In this document: piece by piece, positions 53,719-64,000 of the stretch
Numbering within the stretch: position 1 is the stretch's first letter
Layout: each line of letters starts with the position of its first letter
From: an uncultured delta proteobacterium
GTDB lineage: Bacteria; Myxococcota; Kuafuiibacteriia; Kuafuiibacteriales; Kuafuiibacteriaceae
NCBI GenBank assembly: GCA_963803435.1
Contig: CAWDML010000003.1
Coordinates: 832,001-896,000, forward strand
Direction of reading: 5' to 3'
DNA: 64,000 bases
Translations under genes and position numbers: made by a program
Notes under the pieces: generated by a model
The model's database searches: none
Told to the model about the DNA's origin: nothing
What the model saw: only the letters and a program-made list of their open reading frames with translations

Positions 53719-54747
53719 ATGACACCGGTGCTTCTCCTCGGGCTGCTCTGCACACCCGCTCGAACGGTCATCCTGGAGGCGCCCGCCGATCCGGAGGTGT
53801 TGCGTCGAGTCCTCGGTCAGCTCGGGGACCTGCCGCAGCAGATCGAGGTCGAGGCACGGACGTCGACGCTCGCGGACCCGCGCGCCCACGCCCGACAGCT
53901 CGCGGGCCGGCGCGCCGTCGAGGCGGTCGCCTGGATCGACGAGGACGCGAAGGGCGGCTTCCTCGTGACGGTGGTGCACCTCGACTCGGGCCGTCTTCTT
54001 TCGCGTCCGGTGCGGCCGGTCCGCGACCGTCCGCCCCGGCGGCGATCCGCGACCAAGGAGGCGGTCGCGCTGATCGTCCGCTCGACGCTCCAGGCGATGG
54101 AGTCCTGGCGCCGGAGGGACGACGCGCCGGCTCCATCGAAGAGGGCGCCGCCGCCGGAGCCGGAGCTCGAGGTGGAGGTCGAGCCGCCGCCGGTCGCGTC
54201 GAGCGCGCCGCTCGGGCTGGAGGCCGCGATCGGGTGGTCGGCGATGATCGATCGCGGGACGCTCGGACCTCACGGCCCGGAGGCGCGCGTGATGCTGCGC
54301 GCCGGGATCTGGGCGATCGGCGTGGAGGCGTCGACCGACGTCCCTCAGCACCTGCGGGACACGCTCGCGACGATCGAGGTCGTCCGCTACCGCGCGGCGC
54401 TCGGCGCAGGGATCGAGGCGGCGCGGCTGGGGCCGCTCGCGCTCACGCCCGCGCTGTCGGTCGGCGCGTCGATCCATCACCGCACCACGGTGGAGACGGG
54501 CGAGGGCGTTCGCGCGACCCCGCCCAGCACCGCGGTGGCGCTCGTGGTGCGAGGGGAGGCCCGCTTCGCTTATGACGCCGAGGCCCTGGGCGGTCGCGTC
54601 GGCGTCGAGCTGGGGTTGGGCGCCGACGGGTTTGTCGGTGTCCCGAGGATCGCCTATCAGCGCGGCGGCGAGACCGTGGGGCGGGCCCGCTCGTGGGCGG
54701 TCCAGCCCGAGTTGCGGCTCGGTCTCGTCTTTCGCACGGGGCCTTGA
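53719..54747 (+). CDS. exported protein, possible outer-membrane beta-barrel C-domain
   Basis: Signal peptide; Pro linker; amphipathic strands ending LRLGLVF; first gene of the ECF cassette. Confidence 0.65.
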   Translation: MTPVLLLGLLCTPARTVILEAPADPEVLRRVLGQLGDLPQQIEVEARTSTLADPRAHARQLAGRRAVEAVAWIDEDAKGGFLVTVVHLDSGRLLSRPVRPVRDRPPRRRSATKEAVALIVRSTLQAMESWRRRDDAPAPSKRAPPPEPELEVEVEPPPVASSAPLGLEAAIGWSAMIDRGTLGPHGPEARVMLRAGIWAIGVEASTDVPQHLRDTLATIEVVRYRAALGAGIEAARLGPLALTPALSVGASIHHRTTVETGEGVRATPPSTAVALVVRGEARFAYDAEALGGRVGVELGLGADGFVGVPRIAYQRGGETVGRARSWAVQPELRLGLVFRTGP

Positions 54748-54774
54748 CCCGAATGACGCGGAGGGGCCCTCCAT
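54745..54774 (+). promoter_or_regulatory. candidate autoregulatory ECF promoter TGACCCGAA-N13-CCCTCCAT
   Basis: Immediately before the ECF gene; identical to the GH5 upstream motif. Confidence 0.7.
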
Positions 54775-55318
54775 GACGGACGGCGTGCAGATCGATCCCC
54801 GCATCGCGTCGGCGGCGTCCGGCGATCGCAGCGCCGCCGACGGCCTGCTGCGCGAGCATCTGCCGCGGATCCGCAACCTGATCCGCTACTTGATCCGCGG
54901 AGATCGCGACGTGGACGATGTCGCCCAGCACGCCCTGATCGCGGTCCTGCGCGGCCTCCCCTCCTACCGGGGGGAGGGCCGCTTCGAGGCCTGGATCGAT
55001 CGTGTGACCGTCCGCGAGACATTCACCTACCTCCGGCGCGAGCGGAAGCAGGCCGACGCCCGGTCGCTGCCCTTCGACGTCGACACGATCGCGGTCGAGC
55101 ACCGTGGGACCTTTCTCGAGCGCCGGGAGACGGTCGAGCGGCTCGACACGCTGCCGGGCGATCAGCGCGCCGCGATCGTGCTGCACTACCTGGTCGGCAT
55201 GAGCGTGCCCGAGATGGCCGCCGCCACCGGCGTCTCCCAGGACACCGCCAAGAGCCGGATCCGACTCGGCATGGCCAAGCTCCGGCGCGCCGCGCAGGCC
55301 GAGGAGAAGATCGCATGA
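54773..55318 (+). CDS. ECF RNA polymerase sigma factor (start may be GTG 54785)
   Basis: DDVAQ..YRGEGRFEAWI; LPGDQRAAIVLHYLVGMSVPEMA..TAKSRIRLG. Confidence 0.92.
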   Translation: MTDGVQIDPRIASAASGDRSAADGLLREHLPRIRNLIRYLIRGDRDVDDVAQHALIAVLRGLPSYRGEGRFEAWIDRVTVRETFTYLRRERKQADARSLPFDVDTIAVEHRGTFLERRETVERLDTLPGDQRAAIVLHYLVGMSVPEMAAATGVSQDTAKSRIRLGMAKLRRAAQAEEKIA

Positions 55319-56067
55319 GCCGCAACGACGACCTCGCCCCCATCGATCTCGATCCGCGTCCTGGACCCGCGTTGCCGCTGTCCCGCGAGGACGAGGATCG
55401 GATCGTGGGCTCCGTGCTCGACGCGCACTTCGCAGCGCAAGCCGCCCCGCGGCGGCCCTGGCTTCCCATCCTGGCGGCGGCCGCCGTCCTGCTGGCGGTC
55501 TCGGGCGCGATGGCGGCGTGGATGGCGACCCCCGATCCGGTACCGCCTCGGCCTCGCCCTCCGCCCGCGAGCGCGCCGGTGATCGCGGCGCCGGATCCCC
55601 CGCCGGAGGTGGCGCCGCCCAGCCCGCCGATTCCACCCGGTCCGCCCTCCCGGCCGACCCGGCCCAGGCACGCGAAGCCCAAGGCCGCCGAGGATCTGCT
55701 GGCGAAGGCCAACGCGCTCCGCGCCAGGTCGCGCTGGCGCCGCGCGGAGTCGGTCTACGTCGAGGTCGCCGAGCGCTTTCCGGGGAGCGGATCCGCGTAC
55801 GTCGCGCTGGTGGCGGCAGGCGCGCTCCGGCTCGAGCATCTGGACGATGCTCGGCGGGCGCTCCAGCTCCTCGCCCGGGCGGCGCGTTTGCGGGAGAACG
55901 GCCCGCTCGACGCCGAGATCGTCTGGAACGAGAGCCGCGCACATCGCCGCCTCCACCACGATGAGGCCGAGCGCGCCTCGCTCCAACGCCTGCTCTCGCG
56001 GCACCCGTCGGCGCCGTTCTCGGAGGAGGCGCAGGCCAGGTTGCGCGCGCTCGGAGGCGATCGTTGA
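55315..56067 (+). CDS. putative anti-sigma factor (TM, Pro linker, TPR-like)
   Basis: ATGA overlap with the sigma gene; architecture parallels 5080-6189 but without a clear FecR domain. Confidence 0.7.
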   Translation: MSRNDDLAPIDLDPRPGPALPLSREDEDRIVGSVLDAHFAAQAAPRRPWLPILAAAAVLLAVSGAMAAWMATPDPVPPRPRPPPASAPVIAAPDPPPEVAPPSPPIPPGPPSRPTRPRHAKPKAAEDLLAKANALRARSRWRRAESVYVEVAERFPGSGSAYVALVAAGALRLEHLDDARRALQLLARAARLRENGPLDAEIVWNESRAHRRLHHDEAERASLQRLLSRHPSAPFSEEAQARLRALGGDR

Positions 56068-57398
56068 GGGCGGCGCTCCTGCTGTCGGCCGTGTGCGCGT
56101 GCGCGCGGACCGACGTGGCGGCGCTCCTGCCGCTGGAGGGAACGGCCGACGCGTCCGTCGATGCCGCCGACGCCGACACGTTCGACGCGAAGCCGAGCGG
56201 GTTCCCCAACGGGAGCATGCCGACGATCGTGATCGGACCGGTCTCCGATCTCTGCGCGCCCACGATCGCCGAGCACCGGTTCCGCTTCGCGCTGTGCTCG
56301 TGCGAGGACTTCGTCGCCGCGTCACCGCTCACCTCCGACTCGTTCGACAGCCGGAGCGGACCGTACCTCGCGGGCGGGAAGGGCGGCTCGGTCGGCGTCG
56401 ACCGCCACCTCAACGCGATGGGGCCGTTCTCGATCGAGGGCTCGCTCTGGGTGGGGGATCCGGGCGGGCTCCAGGCCGGCGCGGGCGGGCGTATCGACGT
56501 CGCCGGTGAGCTGCGGTCGGACGGTCCGCTCCTGAGCGAGGCCGAGGTCCGTGTCGACCACGACGCGTGGATCCGCGGTCGCGTGACGGCGGGCGATCTG
56601 TTCGTCGCTGGAACGCTGCGGCTCCCCTCCAACGAGCCCATCGAGGTCTCGGGGACCGAGGAGGTGGGCGTGGTCGAGCGTGCCGACTTCGACGTCGAGC
56701 CGCCCTGCGAGTGCGACGCCTCGCAGATTCTCGACGTGCCCGCCTTCGTGCGGGCCAACGCGGGCACGAACGACGACGCCGCCATCGGGCTCGATCCCTC
56801 GGCGTTGGTGGCCGTCTCGGGCCCGGCGCGCCTGGAGCTCCCCGGCGGGCGCTTCTACCTCGACGGGATCGCGGGCCCCGGCTCGCTGACGATCTCGGTG
56901 CTGGGGCGGGCCGCGCTGTTCGTGGCGGGCGACATCGCGCTCGAGAGCCCGCTCATCGTCGACGCGGCGCCGGGTGGCGAGCTCGATCTCTTCGTCGAGG
57001 GTGCGATCACCGGACGCTTCACGCTCGGCTCGCCCGATCGACCCGCGCACGTCCGCGTGTATCTCGGGACCTCGGGGACGCTCCGCCTGGAGGCCGGCGC
57101 GGTCCTCTCGGGCAATCTGTACGCCCCGCGGGCCGAGCTGCTGCTGGCGGCGCCGCTCGAGGTCTTCGGGTCGATCTTCGCGCGTCGCTTGAGCGCGGCG
57201 GATCTCACCGTGCACTACGACACGGCGGTGCTCGCCGCGGCCGACGACTGCCCCGAGAGTCCGCCGGCCACCTGCACCCGCTGCGACGACTGCCGGAGGA
57301 GCGCGTGTCGAGGCGGGGCCTGCGTACCCTGCACCGACAGCTCGGAGTGCTGCGCGCCGCTCTCGTGCGTCGACGGCGCCTGCCTCCCCGAGCCCTGA
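56064..57398 (+). CDS. putative lipoprotein with beta-solenoid-like body and Cys-rich tail
   Basis: AVCAC lipobox; GNLYAPRAEL..VFGSIFA; CCAPLSC. Confidence 0.7.
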   Translation: MRAALLLSAVCACARTDVAALLPLEGTADASVDAADADTFDAKPSGFPNGSMPTIVIGPVSDLCAPTIAEHRFRFALCSCEDFVAASPLTSDSFDSRSGPYLAGGKGGSVGVDRHLNAMGPFSIEGSLWVGDPGGLQAGAGGRIDVAGELRSDGPLLSEAEVRVDHDAWIRGRVTAGDLFVAGTLRLPSNEPIEVSGTEEVGVVERADFDVEPPCECDASQILDVPAFVRANAGTNDDAAIGLDPSALVAVSGPARLELPGGRFYLDGIAGPGSLTISVLGRAALFVAGDIALESPLIVDAAPGGELDLFVEGAITGRFTLGSPDRPAHVRVYLGTSGTLRLEAGAVLSGNLYAPRAELLLAAPLEVFGSIFARRLSAADLTVHYDTAVLAAADDCPESPPATCTRCDDCRRSACRGGACVPCTDSSECCAPLSCVDGACLPEP

Positions 57399-57408
57399 CG
57401 CGCCGGGA

Positions 57409-58491
57409 TCAGGCCGCGGCGGCGGTCGGGACGGCGGTGCGCAGGCGGTTGCGAAACATCAACGCCATCCCGGCCCCGGCCGCGAAGCCGCCGGCGTGCG
57501 CGAACCAGGCCACCTCCTGCGCGCCCGTGAGCCCCATGACCAGCTGATAACCGATCCAGAACCCGAGGTACCAGATCACGCCGATGCGGAAGCGGAAGAC
57601 GATGAAGACGACCCACATCTTCACGCGCGGGAAGAGGACCAGGTAGGCCCCCATCAGGCCTGCGATCGCGCCCGACGCGCCGAGCATCGGGATCGCGGCG
57701 CCCAGGTTGAAGAGCATGTGGAGCAGCCCGCCGGCGACGTTCGCGATCAGATAGAGGATGATGAAGCGCTTGGGCCCGAGCGCGTCCTCGACGTTGTCGC
57801 CGAAGACCCAGAGGAAATACAGGTTGCCCAGGATGTGCGCGAACCCGCCGTGCAGCAGGCCGTAGGTGACGAACGACCAGGGCGTGGGCGCGGCGGGCAC
57901 CAGCGCGAAGGTGCGGATGAGCGCCTCGTACGCCTCGGGACCCAGCGCGACCGCCGAGACGAGCTGGAGGACGAATACGACGCTCAGGATCGCGACCAGC
58001 GAGTAGACCACCACCGGGCGGTGTTTCACCGGGTTCCAGACCTCGATGGGGAAGCCGGTCAGGATCTGGAAGAGGTACGAGGGAAGCCCAGGCCGATCGA
58101 CGCCGAGCGCCTTGTTCTGTGCGTGCGCCCTCGCCCCGGCGACGATGTTGTAGAGCTTCGTGCCCTCGTCGCGATCGAGCCAGAGCCCGCGACAGCGGGG
58201 ACAGACGTCGACCTCGACCTGCTGCGAGTCGAACTTGACCTGGTAGACCTCGAGGAGCGAATGCCCGGTGGGACAGGCGAGCTTCGACTCACCGAGCGAC
58301 CTCGCGTTGTACTCCTCGCGCCAGTACTGCGGCTCGGCCGCCTCTCCGAAGATCGCGCCCGCCTCGCCCGGGTCGAGGAACATCCCGCCGCATCGACGGC
58401 AGTGATCGAGCTCGATGCCCTGATGGTTGAACGGGGAGAGCGGCCAGGAACATCGGGGGCACGAACGCACGCTCGGGAGGCTTGCATGCAA
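57409..58491 (-). CDS. rhomboid intramembrane protease with N-terminal zinc ribbons
   Basis: CPRC..CRRCGG and CPTGH..CPRCRG; HILGN, GASG, AHAGG. Confidence 0.9.
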   Translation of the reverse strand: MHASLPSVRSCPRCSWPLSPFNHQGIELDHCRRCGGMFLDPGEAGAIFGEAAEPQYWREEYNARSLGESKLACPTGHSLLEVYQVKFDSQQVEVDVCPRCRGLWLDRDEGTKLYNIVAGARAHAQNKALGVDRPGLPSYLFQILTGFPIEVWNPVKHRPVVVYSLVAILSVVFVLQLVSAVALGPEAYEALIRTFALVPAAPTPWSFVTYGLLHGGFAHILGNLYFLWVFGDNVEDALGPKRFIILYLIANVAGGLLHMLFNLGAAIPMLGASGAIAGLMGAYLVLFPRVKMWVVFIVFRFRIGVIWYLGFWIGYQLVMGLTGAQEVAWFAHAGGFAAGAGMALMFRNRLRTAVPTAAAA

Positions 58492-58534
58492 GCCGCCGGA
58501 GAGCCAGGTTTACCGGGCCGGTTTCAGTCAAAGT

Positions 58535-61500
58535 ATGGAGTTCGCACCTCAGAACCTCGGCTTCATCGAAGCGCTCTACGCGCAATTCCTCGAGGACCCG
58601 ACCTCGGTCGAAGAGCCGTGGAGGAAGCTGTTCGAGCCGATCGCGGCCGCCGACGGACACTTGCCGCTCGGTCCTCGGTTTCGCGCGCGCAGCATCTTCA
58701 ATCCGGTGGGATTGGCCGTGGGTCCGCGTCCCGCCCCTGCGCCCGCCGGGGTCCCGGTCTACGGCGGCTCGGTCGAGCAGCGTATCCCGTTCCTCCGCAG
58801 TCTGGCCATCTTCCAGGGCCTCGCCGACGAGGAGCTGGTGGAGGCCGCCAAGATCGCCGCGGAGCTCACGGTGGCCGACGGCGAGGTCTTCGTCCGCGAA
58901 GGCGACATGGGCCAGGACCTGTACGTCATCACCGACGGGACCGTCCTGATCCGCCGAGGCGGCCGTGTGATCGCGGAGCTCACGCGCGGCGAGGTGGTCG
59001 GCGAGATGGCCGTGCTCGATCATCGCCCCCGCTCGGCGGACGCCCTCGCGCACGGGTCGGTGAACCTGCTGCGCATTCACGGTGAGGATCTGCTCGCGCT
59101 GCTCGAGAAGAGACCGGTGCTGGCGCGCGGCATCATCGCCGTCCTGGTCAAGCGCCTGCGCGACAGCAGCACGCGCCAGGATCGGGTCGACCAGCTGATC
59201 CGCGCCTACCGCGTTCGCGGTCACCTGATGGCGCAGCTCGATCCGCTCGGGCTGCCGAAGGACGTCTTCACGGAGCTGAACCCCGCCTACTACGGGTTCG
59301 GCCAGGCCGACCTGGACATGCTCTTCTCGGTCACGACGATCCCGGGCAAGAAGGTGATGTCGCTCCGGGACATCATCGCACATCTTCGCAAGACGTATTG
59401 CAGATCGATCGGCGTCCAGTTCTATCACATCGACGATCTCGAAACGAAGAACTGGCTCCAGAACCGCATGGAGTCGACGCAGAACACGATCAACCTCAGC
59501 CAGGAGCAGCAGATCCGGATCCTGACCAAGCTGACCGACGCCGAGATCTTCGAGCAGTTCATCCATCGCAAGTTCATCGGGGCCAAGCGCTTCTCGCTCG
59601 AAGGCGCCGAGAGCCTGATCCCGCTCCTCGACATGGCCATCGAGAAAGCCGGCGACCTTGGCGTCGACGAGGTCGTGATCGGCATGGCGCACCGCGGGCG
59701 GCTCAACGTCCTGGCCAACGTGATGGGCAAGAATCCGCGGCAGATCTTCCGCGAGTTCGACGACACCAACCCCGATCTCTATCTGGGGCGCGGCGACGTG
59801 AAGTATCACCTCGGCTACAGCGCCGATCGGATCACCACCAGCGGCCAAAAGGTGCACCTGTCCCTCTGCTTCAACCCCAGCCACCTCGAGGTCGTCGATC
59901 CGGTGGTGGTCGGGCGCGTCCGAGCCAAGCAGGACCGCTTCGGCGATCGTGAGCGCCACCGCGGCCTCGGGATCCTGATCCACGGCGACGCCGCCTTCGC
60001 CGGTGAGGGCGTGGTCCAGGAGACACTCAACATGTCGCGCCTGGCCGGCTACGAGACCGGCGGCACGCTCCACATCGTCGTCAACAATCAGCTCGGGTTC
60101 ACCACGCTCCCCGAAGAGAGCCGCTCGTCGCCCTACGCGACCGACGTCGCGAAGATGCTCCAGATCCCGATCTTCCACGTCAACGGCGAGCATCCGGAGG
60201 CGGTGGCACAGGCGATCCAGCTGGCCGCGGAGTTTCGCGAGCACTTCAAGAGCGACGTTGTCATCGATATGTACTGCTATCGTCGTTACGGCCACAACGA
60301 GGGCGACGAGCCCGCGTTCACGCAGCCGCTCCTGTATAAGACGATCCGCAAGCGGAAGTCGGTGCGGGAGGGCTACCTCGACAACCTGCTCTCCGGCGAG
60401 AGCTGCGAGATCACCCGCGAGCAGGCCGACCAGATCGCGGTCGAGCGCCGGCAGCGGCTGGAGGACGAGCTGGGCGCGGCCCGCGCGAAGACCGAACAGA
60501 CGCTCAGATCTCATGACCGGGCAGGGCATCTGGCGACCCTATCGCGGCGGTCGGGACGCCGACTGTCCCGACGTGACCACCGCCGTGCCCAGGCCGCGGC
60601 TGGTGGAGCTGATCAAGGCGATGACGAGCGTCCCCAGCGGCTTCAACCTGCACCCGAAGATCGAGAAGCTCCTGGGCGAGCGGCGAGAGATGGCGTCCGG
60701 CGATCGTCCGCTCGACTGGGCCGCCGGCGAGGCGCTCGCGTTCGCGACGCTGCTGAGCGAGGGCTCCCGCGTCCGTCTCTCGGGACAGGACGCGCAGCGG
60801 GGCACGTTCAGCCACCGGCACGCGGTCCTGCACGACTTCGAGAACGGGCGGACGCACGCGCCGCTGGCCCACCTCTCGCTCGATCAGGGGCCGTTCGAGG
60901 TCTACAACAGCCCGCTCAGCGAGACCGGAGTGCTCGGCTTCGACTACGGCTACAGCCTCGACTTTCCCGACGCGCTCGTGATTTGGGAGGCGCAGTTCGG
61001 CGACTTCACGAACGTCGGCCAGGTCATCATCGATCAGTTCATCACGTCGGGTGAGGACAAGTGGCGGCGGCTCTCCGGCCTGGTCCTGCTGCTCCCGCAC
61101 GGCTTCGAGGGGCAAGGGCCCGAGCACTCGAGCGCGCGGCTCGAGCGGTTCCTGGTCGCGTGCGCCGAGGACAACATCCAGGTGGTCAACCTGACCACGC
61201 CGGCTCAGCTGTTCCACGCGCTCCGCCGTCAGGTGGTGCGCCCGCTCCGGAAGCCGCTGATCGTGATGTCGCCGAAGAGCCTGCTCCGCCACCCGCGCTG
61301 CGTCTCGAGCCTGGAGGACCTCTCGGCAGGCCACTTTCAGCGCGCGATCCCCGACGACGAGCCGCGCGTCGATCCGGCGAAGGTCGGGCGCGTGGTGCTC
61401 ACCAGCGGCAAGATCTATTACGAGCTGCTGGCGGCGCGCGAGGCGCGGAACGCCTTCGACGTGGGGTTGGTCCGGCTCGAGCAGTACTATCCGCTCGATC

Positions 61501-61742
61501 TCGCCGGGATCGAGATGATCCTGGCGTCGTATCCGAAGGCCGCTCCAGTGGTATGGGTACAGGAGGAGCCCCGGAACTTCGGGGCCTGGGCGTTCCTTCG
61601 CATGCGCCTCGGTGAGAAGATCGGCCATCATCCGCTGTCGGTGGTGGCCCGTCCGGAGTCGGCGAGCCCGGCGACCGGATCGGCGGCAGCGCATAAGAAG
61701 GAGCAAGCGGCGTTGCTCGACCAGGCATTCGCTGCGAGGTGA
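58535..61742 (+). CDS. sucA: 2-oxoglutarate dehydrogenase E1 with inserted cNMP-binding domain; frameshift near 60505
   Basis: [45 protein letters not shown] across two frames. Confidence 0.93.
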
Positions 61743-61751
61743 GGGACGGGG

Positions 61752-62969
61752 ATGGCAATCGAGCTGAAGATTCCGTCGGCGGGCGAGTCGATCACCGAGG
61801 TGACGATCGTCGAGTGGCTGAAGGAAGAGGGCGCGTTCGCGAAGTCGGACGAGATCCTCGCCTTGATCGAGACCGACAAGGCCAACGTGGAGCTGGTGGC
61901 GCCCGCGAACGGACGCATCACGCGGATCCTCAAGGCGGCGGGTGAGTCGGCCGCGGTCGGAGAGGTCATCGGCTACATGGAGTCCGGCGACGGCGCCAAG
62001 GAAGAGAAGACGATCGACATGCGGCCGCGCGCGAAGCCCGCCCCGCCGAAGGTCGAGCCGAAGAAGGTCGAGGCGGAGAAGCCGACCGCGCCCGTCGCGG
62101 CGCCCAACGCGCACGGGGTGCCCGACGGTGTGCTGGCGTCCCCCTCGGTCCGACGCGCGATGCGCGAGCAGGAGATCGATCCGACGGCGATCCAGGGGAC
62201 CGGTCCGGCGGGTCGGATCCGGATGGAGGACCTGAGGCGCCCGGCGACCCCGGTGAGCGCCGAGGCCGGCCGCGAGATCGACGTGGTCCCGATGACCAAC
62301 ATGCGCAAGCGGATCGCCGAGCGCCTGGTCGAGGCCCAGGCGACCGCGGCGCTGCTGACCACGTTCAACGAGATCGACATGTCCGCCGTGATGGCCCTGC
62401 GGAAGACGCACCAGGACGCCTTCGTCCAGAAGCACGGGATCAAGCTCGGCTTCATGAGCTTCTTCGTGAAGGCGGCCATCGAGGCGCTCAAGGCGCTCCC
62501 GGCGCTCAACGCGGAGATTCGCGCCGACGAGATCGTCTATCACAACTACTTCGACATCGGCGTCGCGGTCGGGGGCGGGCGCGGGCTGGTGGTGCCGGTG
62601 ATCAAGAGCGCCGAGCGCCTCTCGTTTGCGGAGATCGAGAAGACGATCGCCGACTTCGGGAAGCGCGCAAAGGAGAACAAGCTCAAGATCGAGGAGCTCA
62701 CCGGGGGCACCTTCACCATCAGCAACGGAGGTGTGTACGGCTCGCTGATGTCCACACCGATCATCAACCCGCCGCAGAGCGGCATTCTCGGCATGCACGC
62801 GATCCAGGAGCGCCCGGTGGTGAAGGCGGGGCAGATCGTGGTGGCGCCGATGATGTACGTGGCGCTGACCTACGATCACCGGATCGTTGACGGGCGCGAG
62901 GCCGTGACCTTTCTGATCCGCATCAAGGAGTGCATCGAGCAGCCGGCTCGCATACTCCTCGAGGTCTGA
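61752..62969 (+). CDS. sucB: dihydrolipoyllysine-residue succinyltransferase (E2)
   Basis: ETDKA lipoyl site; TTFNE, SNGGVYGS, YDHRIVDG. Confidence 0.96.
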   Translation: MAIELKIPSAGESITEVTIVEWLKEEGAFAKSDEILALIETDKANVELVAPANGRITRILKAAGESAAVGEVIGYMESGDGAKEEKTIDMRPRAKPAPPKVEPKKVEAEKPTAPVAAPNAHGVPDGVLASPSVRRAMREQEIDPTAIQGTGPAGRIRMEDLRRPATPVSAEAGREIDVVPMTNMRKRIAERLVEAQATAALLTTFNEIDMSAVMALRKTHQDAFVQKHGIKLGFMSFFVKAAIEALKALPALNAEIRADEIVYHNYFDIGVAVGGGRGLVVPVIKSAERLSFAEIEKTIADFGKRAKENKLKIEELTGGTFTISNGGVYGSLMSTPIINPPQSGILGMHAIQERPVVKAGQIVVAPMMYVALTYDHRIVDGREAVTFLIRIKECIEQPARILLEV

Positions 62970-64000
62970 TGGCCCGCTGCGCCACGCATTCGAACGCCCG
63001 CGCGGCCTGGATCTGCGGGAGCTGCGATCGGACGCTATGTCTCGACTGCGCAGCCGCAAAGCCGATCCAGAGCGGGAGCGTGGTGATCTGCCTCCGGTGC
63101 GGCGGGTTCGGGCGTCCGATCACGCGCCCGGTGCGCGTCGCCCCCTTCTGGGAGATGTTCCCGGCCTTCCTCAAGGCCATCTTCTCGCCCGCCGGCCTGA
63201 TCCAGCTCCTCGCGGTGGCGCTGGTCCTCTACCTGGCGAGCTGGCTCCCCGGGATCGGACGCGTCCTCGGGCTGTTCGTCTACATCAGCTACTTCTTCCG
63301 CGTGATCGCCAGCGCCGCGCAGGGCGGTGAGAAGCTCCCCGATCCGGACGACTTCCTCGGGATCGGCAGCGTGGTGGCGCCGGTGCTCCGGTTCTTCGTG
63401 GCCACCACCACGATCTGGCTCCCGGCGCTGCTCTACGTCCTCACGTTCATCGGGCTCCGGTCGCTGCTGGAGGATCCCGGCGCGCTCTCCAGCCCAGTCC
63501 TCGTGGTCCTCCTCCTCTGCGGGCTCTGCTACTTCCCGGCGGCCATCATCGCGGCGGCGATCGCCGAGAGCGTGCTCGCGGTGATCAACCCGATGATCAC
63601 CATCCGCATGATCTTGCGGATCCCGGGTCAGTATGCCCTCGCGACCTTCGTGTGCGGCGCGCTGACCGTGATCGACTTCCTCGGCGTCAACGCGATCGCG
63701 GCCGCGCTCCCGTCGATCCCGATCGCCATGCCGATCCTCATCCAGATGCTGGGCCTGGTGATCCCGGTGTTCAACGGGATGATCCTGGGGCGGCTGATCT
63801 ATCAGAACCACGAGCACTTCGGGATCCTGCCGGCGGGCGCCTCCGAGGAGCCGGAGTGGCCCGAGGCCAAGCCGCGGGGGAAGCTCGATCCATCGACGAA
63901 GGTCGGCGCCTCCGAGGTTCGACCGCTCGAGATCGCGTTCGACAGCACGCCTGAGGTGCCCGCGCCGGGCGCCGTGCCCGCCGCGGAGCCGGCCTCCGTG
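62969..64000 (+). CDS. B-box-like zinc finger plus multi-TM (DUF4013-like) membrane protein, 3'-partial
   Basis: ATG overlaps the sucB stop; MARCATH..WICGSC..CLDC..CLRC; open to the window end, so absent from the ORF track. Confidence 0.7.
   Translation, partial: MARCATHSNARAAWICGSCDRTLCLDCAAAKPIQSGSVVICLRCGGFGRPITRPVRVAPFWEMFPAFLKAIFSPAGLIQLLAVALVLYLASWLPGIGRVLGLFVYISYFFRVIASAAQGGEKLPDPDDFLGIGSVVAPVLRFFVATTTIWLPALLYVLTFIGLRSLLEDPGALSSPVLVVLLLCGLCYFPAAIIAAAIAESVLAVINPMITIRMILRIPGQYALATFVCGALTVIDFLGVNAIAAALPSIPIAMPILIQMLGLVIPVFNGMILGRLIYQNHEHFGILPAGASEEPEWPEAKPRGKLDPSTKVGASEVRPLEIAFDSTPEVPAPGAVPAAEPASV

Overview
GC-rich, gene-dense window of a Myxococcota-like bacterium. The taxon is inferred from MYXO-CTERM, myxococcal Cys-rich repeats, Ser/Thr kinase-TPR pairs and ECF-FecR cassettes. 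Several genes carry single-base frameshifts, including sucA, so indel errors in the assembly are likely. Ordinary content: a multiheme cytochrome, GH5/GH13/GH113 hydrolases, M23/M43/M4-M36 peptidases, a two-permease RND system with TolC, a rhomboid protease and sucAB. Highlights: (1) two parallel cassettes (OM-like protein, ECF sigma, anti-sigma/TPR, lipoprotein), each with its own bipartite motif found before the sigma gene and before the divergent neighbour (TGACCCGAA-N13-CCCTCCAT at a GH5 cellulase; TTCGAAAT-N13-GWGACYCA at a Ser/Thr kinase); (2) a SucA with a complete cNMP-binding domain inserted near its N-terminus; (3) an uncalled UGA-containing UxxC selenoprotein with a SECIS-like hairpin, overlapping a CblC/MMACHC-like gene that follows a PHM-like copper protein gene; (4) two inverted-repeat cassettes starting CTAG|GAGC and abutting TAG stop codons, carrying four-helix-bundle, IS5 or IS1182 debris; (5) a 122-nt structured RNA candidate with a tRNA-type T-arm upstream of a membrane PD-(D/E)XK protein; (6) three sigma54-like promoters with near-leaderless ATGs. 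All calls come from reading the sequence; no database searches were run.
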